Origin: Octopus vulgaris
Lineage: Eukaryota
Length of the DNA: 64,000 nt
Reading direction: 5' to 3'
NCBI GenBank assembly: GCA_951406725.2
Contig: OX597830.1
Location: forward strand, 57,970,001 to 58,034,000
The first letter of the stretch is position 1, and each line of letters starts with the position of its first letter. Made by a program: the position numbers and the translations under genes. Under the pieces are notes generated by a model, which had not been told where the DNA came from, did not search any database, and saw only the letters and a program-made list of their open reading frames with translations. Of this stretch, positions 11,801-42,784 are shown one piece after another.

Positions 11801-14800
11801 ACATCCAGTAAATGATGATGATGATTATATACGGCTTCATACAAGTTCCATCCATGACATTCACTCACAAGACATTGGTCAGTCTGGGGTCACAGTAGAA
11901 GACACCCTAGGAGCTGTGCAGTGAGACTGATCTTGAAAATAGAGAAATGAATTTCTTAACCCCCCCCGTGCGCCATCTATGCCTGTGCCAAATTTTTGCA
12001 TAACATGCATAAAGAATGTTTATAGAATACCATTCGGTGCAAGGTTGGCACTGAGCTAGAAAAGGCTGAGGGATCATTGTTAAATCAGATATCCTTTATG
12101 TCACCAGTTAGTATGACAACACTTCACTGCCTGATTGATGGTGGAACTCCTTTGATCCTGGCTCGACTCAAACAGAACCGACTTTTGAGAATAACAGCAA
12201 GAACCAGACTTTCTTGTCTAAATATAATGTCTGACCCCTTCTGATCCCATATTCCAATAGCCAGGGGCCTGATCCAAAACCTGGAATTTTTTAGGAGGAC
12301 TGACATCAAAAGGAAAACGCAGGTTAGTGAAGACTGTTGAGGGCCATCAGAAGGATGCTTGAGGGTCAGATGCTGCCCTTAGAAACCCCAAGGGAGAACT
12401 GTTGGTCCAATACTAAGAGTGGAAACCCATCTGCAGTTACTGTGTTTACAGTAGTTGCTTTTCCTGTAGCATTAGATATTAGTTGTCTGCTTCATGATAC
12501 ATTGCAGTTGTTGCTGGCAAACTCCCAAAAAACTCAGCACTGTTACTGTATTATGAAGAGTGTAGAGTGATTTTTAATCTCCAAGACACTTATTGAACCA
12601 TCACTGGTTTTGATATTTCAGCAACTTCACAAAATGTTATTTTGCATTTAGGCAACTTATTGAATATTTTTGTTCTAATGAAATTGTTGAATTAATATTT
12701 TGGCATGAGTCAGTCTCTCCCAACAACACAAGGTTGTTATGTTTGCAAAGCATTGATTAATTTTATTCATCTGTTATTTCCCTAACGACTTCCACTCAGT
12801 TTTCATGAATCTCACCCTCCATCGTTCTTAATGGCAGGAATTTTTTTTTTGGGGGGGGGGGTTATGCAACATTTTTACCTTTTGCCTTTTACAAGCTTCA
12901 GTCATTGGACTGTGGCCATACTGGGGCATCACCGTGAAGTGTTTTTATTTGAATAGATGGACTTCAGTACCAATTTTTAAAGTCTGGTACTAATTCTATC
13001 AATATTTTTTGCCAAACTGCTATGTTGTTGGAACGCAAACAAACCAACAGTGGCTGTCGAGCAGTGCAGTGAGATGGGAACAATACAGGCACAAACGCAT
13101 GCACGTGCACACACACACACACACACACTCACACACACGGGGCTGTGTGGTAAGAAGTTTGCTTTCCAACCACATCAGCACATCCAAAATTTTACTTACT
13201 CTGAAAATCATCATGCTAACCTCCATGTTGGTCTCCATGTTGGTCTCCATGTTGGTCTCCATGTTGGCCTCCATGGGTTGGATGGCTTGACATGAAACTG
13301 GCTAGCAGGGAGCTGTCTGGACTCCAACTGTCTGTTGTAGCATGATTTCTACTGCTGGATGCCCTTCCTAATGCCAACCACTTAAGAGTGTACTGGGTGC
13401 TTTTCCCATGTCACCAGCGTGGGTAAGTTAATACAGCAGCGCTACAGGTGCTTTTTAAGTGGCACCCACACCTGAAAGGATAAGCTTGGATGTGTGCAAG
13501 ACAGTGATTTTACTTAGCTTGACATGTCTCACCAAGTACAGCAAATCGCTACAACTCTTGGTCCCTTGGTATTCCCTCAGTGAGACCCAGTGTCTGAAGA
13601 TCCTTTCTCACCACTTCATCCCACATCTTCCTGGGTCTACCCTTTCCACCAGTTGCTAGGAACGACACCATATTTTATTATGCAACCATAATATACAAAA
13701 CATAACAAACCAAAAAATATCTAGAAATAAAATGATAAATATTAACTGTAGTTGGTGGCTACAATGTCCCATCTGTTTGCTGTTATTGTTTAACGCCAGG
13801 TCTAACCTGATCAAGCAGACTGTTGCTCAAAACCATCCTGGCCTTGACTTAAAGTTTTCATGTGAAACAAGTCAAAGGGTTGCATCCTGTTGTATTGAAG
13901 TGATTTTGCTGCTGTTGTGTGAATCAAAGCTGTTTCCTGTTCCTATCAAAAAACAAGTCAAACTGCTTCATGGTTTTGTGTTTTTACCCAATGACTGACC
14001 GTATCAGAGTATGAATTGTTCCACACTCGTGTCTATTTTAGATGAGTTTCTAGAGAGGTTAACACTTGAAACTGATGGCATCAATACTTCAGATTTGTAT
14101 TCCATTAATGAGGTTGAAGAGTGTCGGAAGAAGTTCTTCGATTGGTTTGCATTTTTCTGTTGAATGTTGGAGATAATAAATAAGCTTGAACATGAGGGGA
14201 AAGATCTTGCATCTTAATGAGATCTGTTTGCTGATGCTCCTCCACTGAAAATCAATGTCTGTCAAATTGTTAAACTGCTTCACGGTACCAGTCCAGTAAT
14301 GAGGTCAGTGGTACTGAATACCTCCCCCACCCCTACAATTTAGTTGCCCCTCCCCCAAATTTGAAAACGTTGTTGTTGTTATAATTATTATTATTAAGGT
14401 GGCAAAATTGTTAGCATGTCGGGCAAAACGCTTAGCAGCATTTCATCCGTCTGCACATTTTGAGTTCAAATTCTGCCAAGGTCGACTTTGCCTTTCATCC
14501 TTTCAGGGTCTATAAATTAGGTACCAGTTATGCACTGGAGCCGATGTAATTGACTAGTTCCCTCCCCATTTATGACTAAGAGCATTTTAAAAATTAAATA
14601 TGATCACCTGGGTTGAGCAGCAGCTTAAGTTGTCTGTTTGCTTTCTTGATGACTCAGTAATTTTATTGTTTCCAAGTTAAAATCTGTAGTTTTGTTTAAC
14701 ATTCACTTTTCCATGCTTTCATAGATCAGATGGAATTTGTCAAGGCAGATTTTCTTCCCATGATTTGATGCTCTTCCAGTCACCAATCCTCACCTGTTTC

Positions 14801-15744
14801 CAAGCAAAGTAAATATTTCCTCTCCATGGCCAGACCATGTTTATCATGGAAACTGGAAATGAACAACATTTCTTGTATAACAATGATGCTTGTTTATAAT
14901 CATCATGTGATGTCAAAACAAAGAGTATACACACACACACACACGACAGGTTTCTTTCCGTTTCTGTCTACCAGATCCACTCACAAGGCATTGACAAAAC
15001 AGGGGTTTCTGTAGAAGGTACCAAGGTGCCACACAGTGGGTCTGGACCCACTACTGCATGGTTGGGCAGAAAACTTTTTAATCACACAGCTATACCTGTG
15101 CTGTATCTTCTGCAACATGAATTTCCTTACCACAAGCAATACACCATATTTGATAGCCTATATGACACACCTTTTTTACCCCAAAATAACTTTAAAAATC
15201 CCTCTGTGTCCAATGTAGTCAATGTAGACTCAAAACTCGTGACTGTTGGCCAAAATTACATATCAGATGTCACGTAGATGTAGCCTAGCAGTCTAGCTTA
15301 TATCAAATGTGGATACAATAAATTGCTTATAATTACTGGTAACAACATAAAGTTATACAGATAAATGGAAGAATTGAAACATTTTAGTGGTAATTTATTT
15401 TACAAAAGTATAGCCTAGGGTCTGTCCTATGCACTCATGTGTCTTATAGGCCATCAAATATGGTAGTAGTTCCCTTTCAATATAAATATGACAGTTGTCA
15501 ACTTTGATTCTAGGTATGTTTTATTGGGGTTGATCAAGGACCGAAGAAGAACTGCAACAGTAATGTAGGCCCCTAGTATTAGTCTAGGTGGGCCTTAAAA
15601 AGCTATTGGCATTACTGACACTTCAGACTAAATAGATGGAAAATAAAAATTATCATTCTACTCTCTTCACAGAATAACTTTTGATTGACGGAAGATGAAC
15701 ATTTATAGGGCTACCCATAAAATGGCGGTTTTGATCTTCAAAGG

Positions 15745-16046
15745 TTGGGTTTGACAGAGGCAATGACAAGTGACTGAGACATTTGGCGGCAATATGCTGT
15801 GCTTGAGAAGATCTGTCAAGCTAAGTGAAGTGATAGTCGTAGCTGATGCCAGTGTTGTATAACTGGTACCCATGCTGGTGGCACTTAGAAAAACACCCAC
15901 TACACTCTTGGAGTGATTGGTGTAAGGAAGGGCATCTAGCCATAGAAACCATATTCAAATCAGATTGGAACCTGGTACAGCTTACCAGCTACAGTCAAAC
16001 CACCCAACCCATGTCAGCATGGAAAACGGATGTTAAATGATGATGA
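15745..16046 (+). mobile_element. RTE 3' end / RTE-related SINE with (GAT)n tail (very abundant family)
   Basis: RTE ORF end (TEAMTSD*DIWR..AVLEK) is joined to the AAAGCACCCACTACACTC...GGAAGGGCATC...CAACCCATGCCAGCATGGAA...TTAAATGATGAT module. Many copies occur in both orientations, for example 1150-1330, 9230-9410, 11640-11825, 20550-20843, 27355-27775, 30560-30735, 56915-57090, 59058-59240 and 61090-61365. Confidence 0.75.
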
Positions 16047-17269
16047 TTGCAAATGAAACAGGAGCAATATTTACATAACCGACCGGTTTTACTCGAGCTA
16101 ATTATGACTAAGAAGTTAATGATAGCATGAAATTGTAACATTATCACAGAGAAAAAATTTGTTTCCTTTTTATCAAACCTTTTCATTATCATCATCATCA
16201 TCTTCATTGTTTAACATCCGCCTTCCATGCTGGCATGTTTGGTAAGAGCTGGCCAGGCAGAAACCCACACCAGACTTCTGTAACTGTTTTGGCAGGATTT
16301 TTACAGCTGGATGCCCTTCCTAACACCAACCACTTTATAGTGTGGACTGGGTGCTTTTAAGTAGCACCTGCACTGACAGGGTCACCAAGTACCTTGCTAG
16401 GAAAAAAAATTTTTGAGAGGGAAGGGGGGGCATTGAAGGAGGAGATCTTGTGTTGGATGATGAAAGGTTATAGTGAGACAGAGAGACAGAAACAAGTGTC
16501 TTGCTGTAGAGGAGGTACAAGGTTACCTGACCAGTGAGAGATCATGGATGAAGACAGAAATAGGTATGCTGCCAGCAAGGAAATACATGGTTGCCCAATC
16601 TGAGGGAAGTGCAAAAGAAGGAGAGTGGGAGGTAGCAGGATAGAGATGGTGGCAAAATGCTGGGCATATTCACAAGGGATGGGAATCAGAATATAAATAG
16701 GATGGTTGAGTAAAGGAAGAGAGAGAGAGAGATATAGATGGTGGCAAGTGCCAGGGCACACCCTTGAGGTTCAACTACCATAATATAGGTGGCAGGATAT
16801 TGTGAAGGAAGTGTGATTAAAGAGTGCAGAGGATAGGGTGAGTGGTGAAAATCTGGGTATATATAGAGTCAGGGGGCTATGGAATAGCAGTGATATAGAG
16901 GAACAGGGCCATGAAGACAGGATTAGGGAGTGAGAGGTAGGCATTGTATATGAAGGAGGAAATGTGAGGAAGAGATGTAAATTGGTTTGTTGGTGTAGGG
17001 TGTGTGTGGAAAGCTTTTTTGTTTCATTTGGGTAGAACACACAAGTTGGGGGCTAGCGGATAGCAGTGATACAGTGAGATGGCATGTGGGTGGAACACAC
17101 TGGCCGGTGCTAGTGGATAGTAATGATACAGTGAGACAGGGTCAAGAGGACAGGATTGGCAAGTGGGAGGTAAACATAGTGCTTGAAGTGGAAATGTGAG
17201 GAAGAGAAGAAATGTAGTTTGGTTTGTAATGGTAGAGCGTGAGAGAAGTTTTCTTATGTAACACACAGC

Positions 17270-17790
17270 CCTTCTTGAACTCAGATTCACTGATGTGGGT
17301 GGGTCTTCTCAAGAACTTCATATCACCAGACATCTCAGTCCATGGTCATTTCCTCTGTGAGGTCCAACTTCCCAAGATCAGTCCTTACCACTTCATCCCA
17401 TGTCTTCCCGGATCTCCCTCTTCCATGGGTACCATCCACTTTCAGTGACAGACACTTCTTTATTCATACACATCACATGTCCAAACCAACGTAGTCTTCT
17501 CTCTTGCATGCTACATTTGATTCCTCTTATGCCCAACTTTTCTCTCAATACATTTACACTTTGTTATACATATGCACTGATGTTGCACATCCAACGGAGC
17601 ATGCTACCTTCTTTTCTCTCTAGTCTAAGCATGTCTTCAGCATTCAGAGCCCATGTCTCACTACCACAGAGCATAGCCGTTTGTACACAAGCATCATATA
17701 GTTTACCTTTCACTCTGAGAGTGCTTTTGTTGCCAACAGGGGTAATAGCTTTCTGAACTTCCTCCAATCTATTCTTATTCTAGAAACCAT
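17270..17790 (-). mobile_element. RTE-clade LINE fragment (3' end of ORF)
   Basis: RVKGKLYDACVQTAMLCGSETWAL...MLRWMC (ORF 17564-17767), followed by LRWFGHV and GKTWDEVV motifs typical of RTE C-termini. Further RTE pieces lie at about 13550-13650, 33930-34110, 59380-59530 and 62570-62700. Confidence 0.8.
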
Positions 17791-17806
17791 ACTTATACAT
17801 ACATAC

Positions 17807-17856
<50 letters not shown>

Positions 17857-18405
17857 ATATTTAGATCAGTTCAAATGTTTGGGCCATATTTAACTTGTAC
17901 AAATGCTGTATTCACTGTCAATTTACCATGAAAAATTTTTCTTGCTTTAGACAATAGATGTTGAAAAAAGGCAACAGTCATTTCATGGCACCTCTTGGAG
18001 AAACATTGGTTGCATTTCTAGCTGTTTGGCTATCATCAGCTTTTTTGTGCCACCACAAGAGAGACAATCTTGAAATGATGCTTGCTTGTAGAAAATCGGT
18101 GTCAAAACATGAATTATGCATGGCACCAACCTCATTAGAACAAAATGTCTGTATGTCCTTGTGTTTGTCCACATCCCCACTACTTTACAATGTGTGTTAG
18201 TTTGTTTATGTCCCTATGACTTAGCAGTGCAGCAAAAGATATTGATAGGATGAGTGCCAGACTTTAAAAAAGTGTTGGAGTGGGTTTGTTTGACTAAACT
18301 CTTCAAGGTGCTGCCCCAGCATGGCCACAGTCCTATGATTAAAACAAGTTAAAAGATATAGAAAAGCTTTGTGGGTGGATTTGAAAGAAGACCATCATAT
18401 ACATA

Positions 18406-18450
<45 letters not shown>

Positions 18451-18452
<2 letters not shown>

Positions 18453-18616
18453 ACTGTGTGGTAAGTAGCTTGCTTATGAACTATATGGTTCTGGGTTCAG
18501 TCCCACTGCGTGGCATCTTGGGCAAATGTCTTCTACTATAGCATTCTGGCCGACCAAAGCCTTGTGAGTGGATTTGGTAGACGGAAACTGAAAGAAGCCT
18601 GTCATATGTATGTATA

Positions 18617-18658
<42 letters not shown>

Positions 18659-18868
18659 GTGTGTGTGTTTGTGTGTCTGTGTTTGTCCCCCTAGCATTGC
18701 TTGACAACTGATGCTGGTGTGTTTACGTCCCCGTCACTTAGCGGTTCGGCAAAAGAGACCGATAGAATAAGTACTGGGCTTACAAAGAATAAGTCCCGGG
18801 GTCGATTTGCTCGACTAAAGGCGGTGCTCCAGCATGGCCGCAGTCAAATGACTGAAACAAGTAAAAGT
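18451..18868 (+). mobile_element. tRNA-derived SINE, family A (internal TA/TG microsatellite)
   Basis: Head CTGTGTGGTAAGTAGCTTGC...GGTTCAGTCCC (A/B-box-like) and tail CCAGCATGGCCGCAGTCAAATGACTGAAACAAGTAAAAG. Other copies at about 682-972, 3240-3650(-), 10040-10385(-), 19483-19850, 28364-28740 and 63117-63465. Confidence 0.85.
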
Positions 18869-19633
18869 AATATAATGTATGTGTATATATGTGTGTGTGT
18901 GTGTGTATATATATATATGTGTGTGTATAGATATATATGTGTGTGTGCGTGTCTTTGTCCCTCACCACACTTGATGATGGTGTTGGTTTGCTTATGTCTC
19001 TTTACCTGAGCAGTTCAGCAAAATAAACCAGTTTAAAAAAGAAAACAAAACTGGGGTTGATTCATTGGATTAAAAATTCTTTGAGGCCGTGCCCCAGCAT
19101 GGCCTCAGTCGAGTGACTGAAACAAGTAAAAGAATAAAATATCTTAAAAGTTTCCCATTAATGTCTTTCTGCCGATCATAACGTTATTAAAACGAGAAAA
19201 AAAAACGGAAACAAAAAAAAAAAACTGAAAATAATTGTTATAAGGAAACAAAATACAAATTCGAAAACAATTATGCTCACTGCGACATTGATTGCATTCG
19301 TGACTGGTGTGTGTGTGTGTGTGTGTGTGTGCGTTTAGCATTTTTGTGGCAAAGTTCCATAAGGCTGCATTTGTTGACCCAGACCAGGAAGATGTAATGT
19401 TTGAATTCTAAGCACTGACATTTATATAAGGAAGCAAGAAAAATTATGCACGAAACTCAGACATGTTTTTGAAGAGATGCTATAGCTGTGTGGTAAGAAG
19501 TATACTTCCCAAAGCATGGTTCTGGGTTCAGTTCCACTGCATGGCACCTTGGGCAAGTGTTTTTTGCTATAACCTTAGGCCAACTAAAGCCTTGTGAGTG
19601 GATTAGGTAGACGGAAACTGAAAGAAGCTTGTC

Positions 19634-19689
<56 letters not shown>

Positions 19690-20172
19690 CTCCCACTACT
19701 GCTTGGCAACTGATGTTGGTTTGTTTATGGCTCTATAACTTAGAAGTTCAGCAAATGACACCCAATAAGAATATATACTAAGCTTTAAAATACTTAATTG
19801 CTGGGATTGATTTGTACAGGATGGCTGCAGTCTATTGACTAGAACAAGTAAAAAAAAAGCTGTGTGTATGTGTGTGTGTGTGTGAGTGAGGGGAAGTATG
19901 TCCGCATATGGTGTCAGTGTGTGGAGGTGCAAGTGTTTGTGAGTGTGTGTAATCAAATCTGATAGTAAAGTCTAAAGTCTATCATAAGTAAGCTTTCTCT
20001 CTTTTGATTGTTTAGCTCAAAGATTTTTTGTATTCTTTAATCAGAAGAGGAGGACTAGAGAATTGCCATGACACTTGCACGCCCCTTCCCCCTCCCCTCG
20101 ATTATTTAAGAGAAATATTGTTTATACATTATTTACATTTGACAGATATTTGTCCTCATCTTGTTTGTTGTT

Positions 20173-20218
20173 AACACAACATTTCGGCTGATATATCCTC
20201 CAGCCTTCATCAGGTGTC
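20173..20218 (-). ncRNA. Minimal type I hammerhead ribozyme-like motif (decayed copy)
   Basis: Minus strand reads GACAC CTGATGA A GGCTG gaggatatat CAGCC GAAA TGTT GTGTT. Stem I is GACAC/GTGTT, stem II is a perfect GGCTG/CAGCC, and the CUGAUGA and GAAA boxes are conserved. Sister copies are at 29482-29527 and 51580-51625. Confidence 0.55.
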
Positions 20219-21040
20219 TTGGGGAAATTTCAAACCTGGGTTCTCATTCCTCGGGTATTTTTTGATGTTTTTGTTGTTTAGGCTTAGCAGCCCTTCCTGT
20301 TTTCACTGTCCTGTTTGTTACCAATTTTGGCCTTCTGCAAAATCCCAATTTTTATTTAATTTGCTTTGTGGGAGCAACTGTTTTATCGAAAATGTATATT
20401 GTTGTTGAATGCTCAAAATACGAGAGTAGAAAAACAGCCAACAACTGATGAAGGGTTGATCTTTATTTTGTTTGTTTTGTTTTCCATTTGTGACTTTTGT
20501 TGTTTGAAAAAATAATTCATGCTCCACGTACTCTTGCTTATATAAAAACATTTGAGCAAGGTCGTTGCCAGTGCCGCTGGACTGGCTCCTGTGCAGGTGG
20601 CACATAAAAAGCACCATTTGAGCGTGGCTGTTGCTGGTACTGCTTGATTGGCCCTCATGCCGGTGGCATGTAAAAGCACCCACTACACTCTCAGAGTGGT
20701 TGGCGTTAGGAAGGGCATCCAGCTGTAGAAACTCTATCAGATCAGATTGGAGTCTGGTGCAGCTATCTGGTTCGCCAGTCCTCAGTCGAACCGTCCAACC
20801 CATGCCAGCATGGAAAGCGGACGTTAAACAATGATGATGATGATATATGTCTGTATCAGTTAGAGGTTAAGCGACCATCTAACAGATAATAAATATCCAG
20901 TATACTACCGGATGTATACCTACGTATTTATATCCAAGTGCCTACTGTTGCAGGGCAATATTGCAATTGAATACTAGGTATGGGGGGGGGGTAAATTGGA
21001 AATTTACCCAGGATTTATAAGGCAAATAAGAAAATGAAGT

Positions 21041-21293
21041 GGATCATCCATTGACAAACATCAGCCTGTAAACATTAATTTGGATCAATTAATTAATTAA
21101 TTAATTACAATCATATGTATAAGTAATCAAAACAAACAAATAAATAAATAAATGAATTAATAATTCTTATTCATTTATTTATTTTTATTTATTTACTTGT
21201 CTATTTGTTTATTTTGATTACATATGATTGTAATGAATTAATAAACATATCCAAATGAATGTTTACAAGCTGATGTTTGTCTGTTGAGTATCC
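21041..21293. repeat. AT-rich palindrome of about 250 bp
   Basis: GACAAACATCAGCCTGTAAACATTAATTTGGAT (from 21053) is the near reverse complement of ATCCAAATGAATGTTTACAAGCTGATGTTTGTC (to 21281). The inner ACAATCATATGTA/TACATATGATTGT also pair. Confidence 0.75.
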
Positions 21294-21313
21294 TCTCCAT
21301 TTTCTTATTTGCC

Positions 21314-22444
<1,131 letters not shown>

Positions 22445-22610
22445 TAAAGATCCAGAGATCAAGTTGTAGGGTTTATTGTCAGGTGAAAGCAAAGGAATGG
22501 TAGAGCATCAGACCATACGACTCTAGTTTAGGACCCCAACATTCTCAGTTCATACCCTGTTGTATTATGATCAATTTTGCTTTCCATCATTTCCACCCAG
22601 GTTTGATTAA

Positions 22611-22822
22611 CCCTTTCGTTTCCAACCCGGCCGAAACTGCTTCTGGCTCTGTAGTACAAACGTCTTGTTGTCATAAGTTCTGAATTAAAATCTTCCACCA
22701 AACCTTAGTCACAATTTATGTTCCTAACTTAATAAGTTATTTTACTAAATTCTTTGTTATATTTAAAATTAATTGAAAGAAAGACAGAAGAGCATCTCAA
22801 CAGAAATATGGTAACAAAAGGG
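22611..22822. mobile_element. TTAA-flanked MITE with CCCTTT...AAAGGG ends (piggyBac-type)
   Basis: TTAA at 22607-10 and 22823-26, with short TIRs CCCTTTCGTTTCCA / TGGTAACAAAAGGG. Related copies at 31955-32169 and 32201-32349, and partial copies at about 25656 and 29359. Confidence 0.7.
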
Positions 22823-24381
22823 TTAAGTGTATTGCAGTAAAAACACCAGAGTAAACCATTTAACTATGTCTTGCTTTGGTCTTGTACCAATGTAAGAAAT
22901 ATTATTATGGTAACAAGAAGCTTGTCATTATTTGAGTTGGTCTTAGTAACTTGTTTTATAAATTGTAAGTCAATACTCATTTCCTTTCTATTTGCTTAAA
23001 TAGCTGTGCCAACTCTTCTAATCTTTCTTCATATTGTCTCTCTAATCTCTAGGTAAAGAGATTAACTGCTGTCAATATATTATTTTAATCTTATCTCTAA
23101 TTATTCCTTTGGTGTAGCTTTGACGTAAATAGTTTTGTAGCAACATGAATTCAAAGGTAGCCAGTTGCAATCTGATAGGCACTTCTTAAAATCTAATAGC
23201 AGTTTACTATTACAACTTAAATCAGTTAATCCAGTGTCGATATATCCAGGTTTGGTCTGCGTGGGTGTGGTGAATGTCTATCCAGGGTTAAACACAAACA
23301 AAAATAGGGCAAAAGAAAAAAAAAAAAACACTGAACAAGAATACAAAGATTAGATTTTTCTAAGAAAAGAGAAAATGATAAAACTATTTCAGGCTGTTGA
23401 TTTTTTGTTAAGATTGATAGAAAAGAAAGTGAAAAAAAAAAAGAAAAAAATTAAAAGAAGAAAGCAGTAAAATGAATCATGGGAAATTTGTTTTATGTAT
23501 AAAGTTCCACATGGGAAAATTTTTTCCTTTTCCTATAGTTTTACGTCATTTTTATCATTGATTTTATGTCTGTTTTTTTCCATTTTAGCATGGAATAGGT
23601 GAGGCAGTATTCTTTAGCAACATGTTCTTCTTGTTGCCAATCCTTATTTATAGCTACTTATTTCTCTGTAACATATTTATTCCCTTGGATTTACCAGTGA
23701 TGAATCACTGAGTGGCTGGGCTTGCTTTTGTGGCCAAGCACAGGCAACAGTCACTGAAGTGTGCCAAGGAAGTTGGCAATGTCAAGACAAAGGGAGAGAG
23801 AGAGAGAGAGGGAGAGACTCTCACACACACACACACACGCACAGTGGCTTACATATAGATGGTAATTATGTTAGTATGGTGTGGACACTGGACAAATATA
23901 ATTTATTAGAAGATTGTAGTGGAGAGAGTCATTGTCACTCCTGTGAGATTGGAAGAATGGACCAGCCGAACTCTTATAAAGAGTAACATATTGGTTGAGA
24001 TGAGAGAAGTCATAGGAGTCGTTGAGAGTTTGGTGTGTTTAGTGGAGTAATTTGAAGTATGTTGTGTGAAGACAGTTGTGTCTATCCCTGCTTCATGAAA
24101 TCTGTATAGCCAACGTACAGAACAATATAAGAAAGATACATCTGGAAACATTTCAGTCGAGATTGTTTGGGACTTATTTTAATGTTCTGATAATGAAAGA
24201 GAATGCAAAGCCTGTCTGTGGAGAACTTGTATGGAACCAAATACCATAAAGCTTATTCTTCTGTGAGCCCTTTTCATGATAAAGTGTCTCTCTTTTGGAT
24301 GGATTAAGACATGCTATGAGATGTACATGTGTTGGTTATATATCTTTCTTTTACACACACACACCTACAAAAACAAATATA

Positions 24382-24631
24382 TTGGGTTGGTGCATAATTA
24401 TTGTGGCTTTTTTTCAACAAATTTTATTCAACAAAATCAATAACAACATGTAACAAAAACATCTTTAAATGATTATTCTGGAGCATAATCACCATCTACT
24501 TCAATTACTGCATCCCATTTCCTTGGCAGCTGGTCAGACCGTCATTTAAAGATGTTTTTGTTAAATATTGTTATTGCTTTTGTTGAATAAAATTTGTTGA
24601 AAAAAACCGCAATAATTATGCACCAACCCAA
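24382..24631. mobile_element. Palindromic mariner MITE
   Basis: TA on both sides (24380-81, 24632-33). Inverted arms of about 90 bp start TTGGGTTGGTGCATAATTATTG (Hsmar1-like TIR). The spacer encodes a mariner C-terminus on - (LPRKWDAVIEVDGDYAPE*). Confidence 0.85.
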
Positions 24632-25189
24632 TATATACATTCATACATACAAATATATACATACACGCACATATATACACATACATACATATTCATCTGA
24701 TGAGCTTCTGTCTAGTTCCTGTCTACGGAAAACTTAGGTCAGTACAAGATTATGATGAAAGTTGCTTGCATAAAATATTGCTTGGTGAAACTAAAATCAG
24801 AAACCATGTGATCATGAAGCAAGCTTTTAAACTACATGATCATACCTATATCATTTCTTGTGCCTTACCAAAGATTATGGAATATGATCTTCTCAGACTG
24901 GTCCAGAACAGACCTTGAAGAAAATGGGAAGTCATCGAAGAGGTTGTGAATAGTGACAAAAGGGCTTTTACTAACAAACAACCTGCTTGTTTAACCAGCA
25001 CATTAAACAAATAATTGATTCATTGGTTGGATATTTAACCAGTTGACTAACAATTTAAGAAGTGATATTGAACCAGTGTGTGTGTTTTTATCATAGGTGT
25101 AATGACCCTCCCAAGACACAACAAGATTCAAAGAAATGTTTACAGCATGAATGTTTATCTTCATTTATTGGCCATTTTGGTTGTTCTGT

Positions 25190-25375
25190 AAGGTGGTGAG
25201 CTGGCAAAAATGTTAGCAACGTCGGGCAAAATGCTTAGTGGTATTTCGTCTGTCTTTATGTTCTGAGTTCTAATTCTGCCGAGGTTGACTTTACCTTTTG
25301 GGGTCGATAAATTAAGTACCAGTTGCATACTGGGGTCGATCTAATTGATTTCCCCCCCAAAATTCCTAGAGTAGA
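25190..25375 (+). mobile_element. tRNA-derived SINE, family C
   Basis: AAGGTGGTGAGCTGGC...GTTCTGAGTTC...GAGGTTGACTTT...GGGGTCGATAAATTAAGTACCAG. Copies at about 7065-7260(-), 14397-14570, 30820-31020, 56075-56255(-), 56380-56595(-) and 61550-61725. Confidence 0.75.
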
Positions 25376-26470
25376 AAAGATTATTGGTTGTTCTGTTCAT
25401 TAACTTCATGTCTACTAAAATATATGATCTACACTAATGTATTATGAATTGTATTGCCTATAAAATTAGTATCGCTATTTCAGCCACTGTTTCTTCCGTA
25501 ACCCTTATATTTATTGTCCATAGACTTGCTTGGAACTTAGAATTTGTCCTTCAAACATATGATTTTGTAAGTGCATACATGTTTGGCAGTACTTACACAT
25601 GAAAGTGGTGTTGCACAGGTTGTTGCTATGTGCCTCGTTTGTTTGCCTTCATTAACCCTTTCATTACCATATTTATTTTGAGATACTCTGTATTTCTTTC
25701 AATTACTTTAAATACAACAAAGAATTATTGAGAATTCCTAGTTGTGTTATTCAAAAACTGACTACAAATAGTGAAACTTTTTCAAATTGCTAGGTCAACA
25801 AGTGGTTTTTTTTTTATATATCATTTAAAAAGTATTTGCAAAGACATTTTCTCAGAAACTCCTACAATTGTAAAAAAATAGATCTCCTTTGCAAAGAATC
25901 AGTCACCGGTGCAATTTGTTTTGTTCCTCATGCACTGCACCAAATGCACTCAGCATTTTTATTGTATTTACTTGGGTATTATTTTTTTTAGAACATGTTT
26001 AGATTTTTGTTTTTTTGACATATTTTTACAGCAAGAAAAGAAAGAAAAAAAACAGTAAAATCTAAAAGATCAAATTATCAATTAAAAAAAACAACAACAT
26101 AAATCCCCTTAACAAGAAAACAAAGAAAAAGGAAAAACAAAGAGGGGGCTGGATTAAGCCCCTGACCAAATGGGTTGTCCATCTGTACCCTGTGGACATA
26201 ATTGCAAAGGTGTTTCAACGGAGAATGGTCACTGCAGCAGTTACCCCACCCCACCTTGCTGAACTAAATTAATATTTAAATGAAATTTATCTTACAGATT
26301 AAAATTTTCTTATAGTTTGTACATTGATATTTATTTTAGGATAAATATTAATTCATAAATTGTTATGGTTTAATACTTATCTGATAACTAGTATATTTTT
26401 GTTGTTTTTTGTATTCTTTTGCTAATTGTCTTATTTTATTTTTCTTCCTTTCTAGTTTTCAACTGCAAAC

Positions 26471-42632
<16,162 letters not shown>

Positions 42633-42768
42633 ACTAACTCACCAAAGACTGCTAGATTTCTCCCATTTGTGTTCTGTCTGTTCTTATTATAGTATATGGC
42701 ATGTTTCTGTCCCTTTATTACTGAAATCATTCTCTTGTTGATTAATACCTCTCAACATTGTACCTATA

Positions 42769-42784
42769 AATAAAATGTAATAAA
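42769..42784 (+). promoter_or_regulatory. Candidate polyadenylation signals (two AATAAA) of the lifeguard gene
   Basis: AATAAA at 42769-42774 and 42779-42784, about 140 nt after the stop codon. Confidence 0.45.

Noticed and set aside
10945-12570. Coding-looking stretches and a 241-aa ORF
   Set aside because: The ORF runs through microsatellite and SINE sequence, with no recognisable motif or consistent splice structure.
23870-24340. Faint piggyBac-transposase-like words (EMREVIG, FSRDCLGLIL)
   Set aside because: Too degenerate to support without a profile search.
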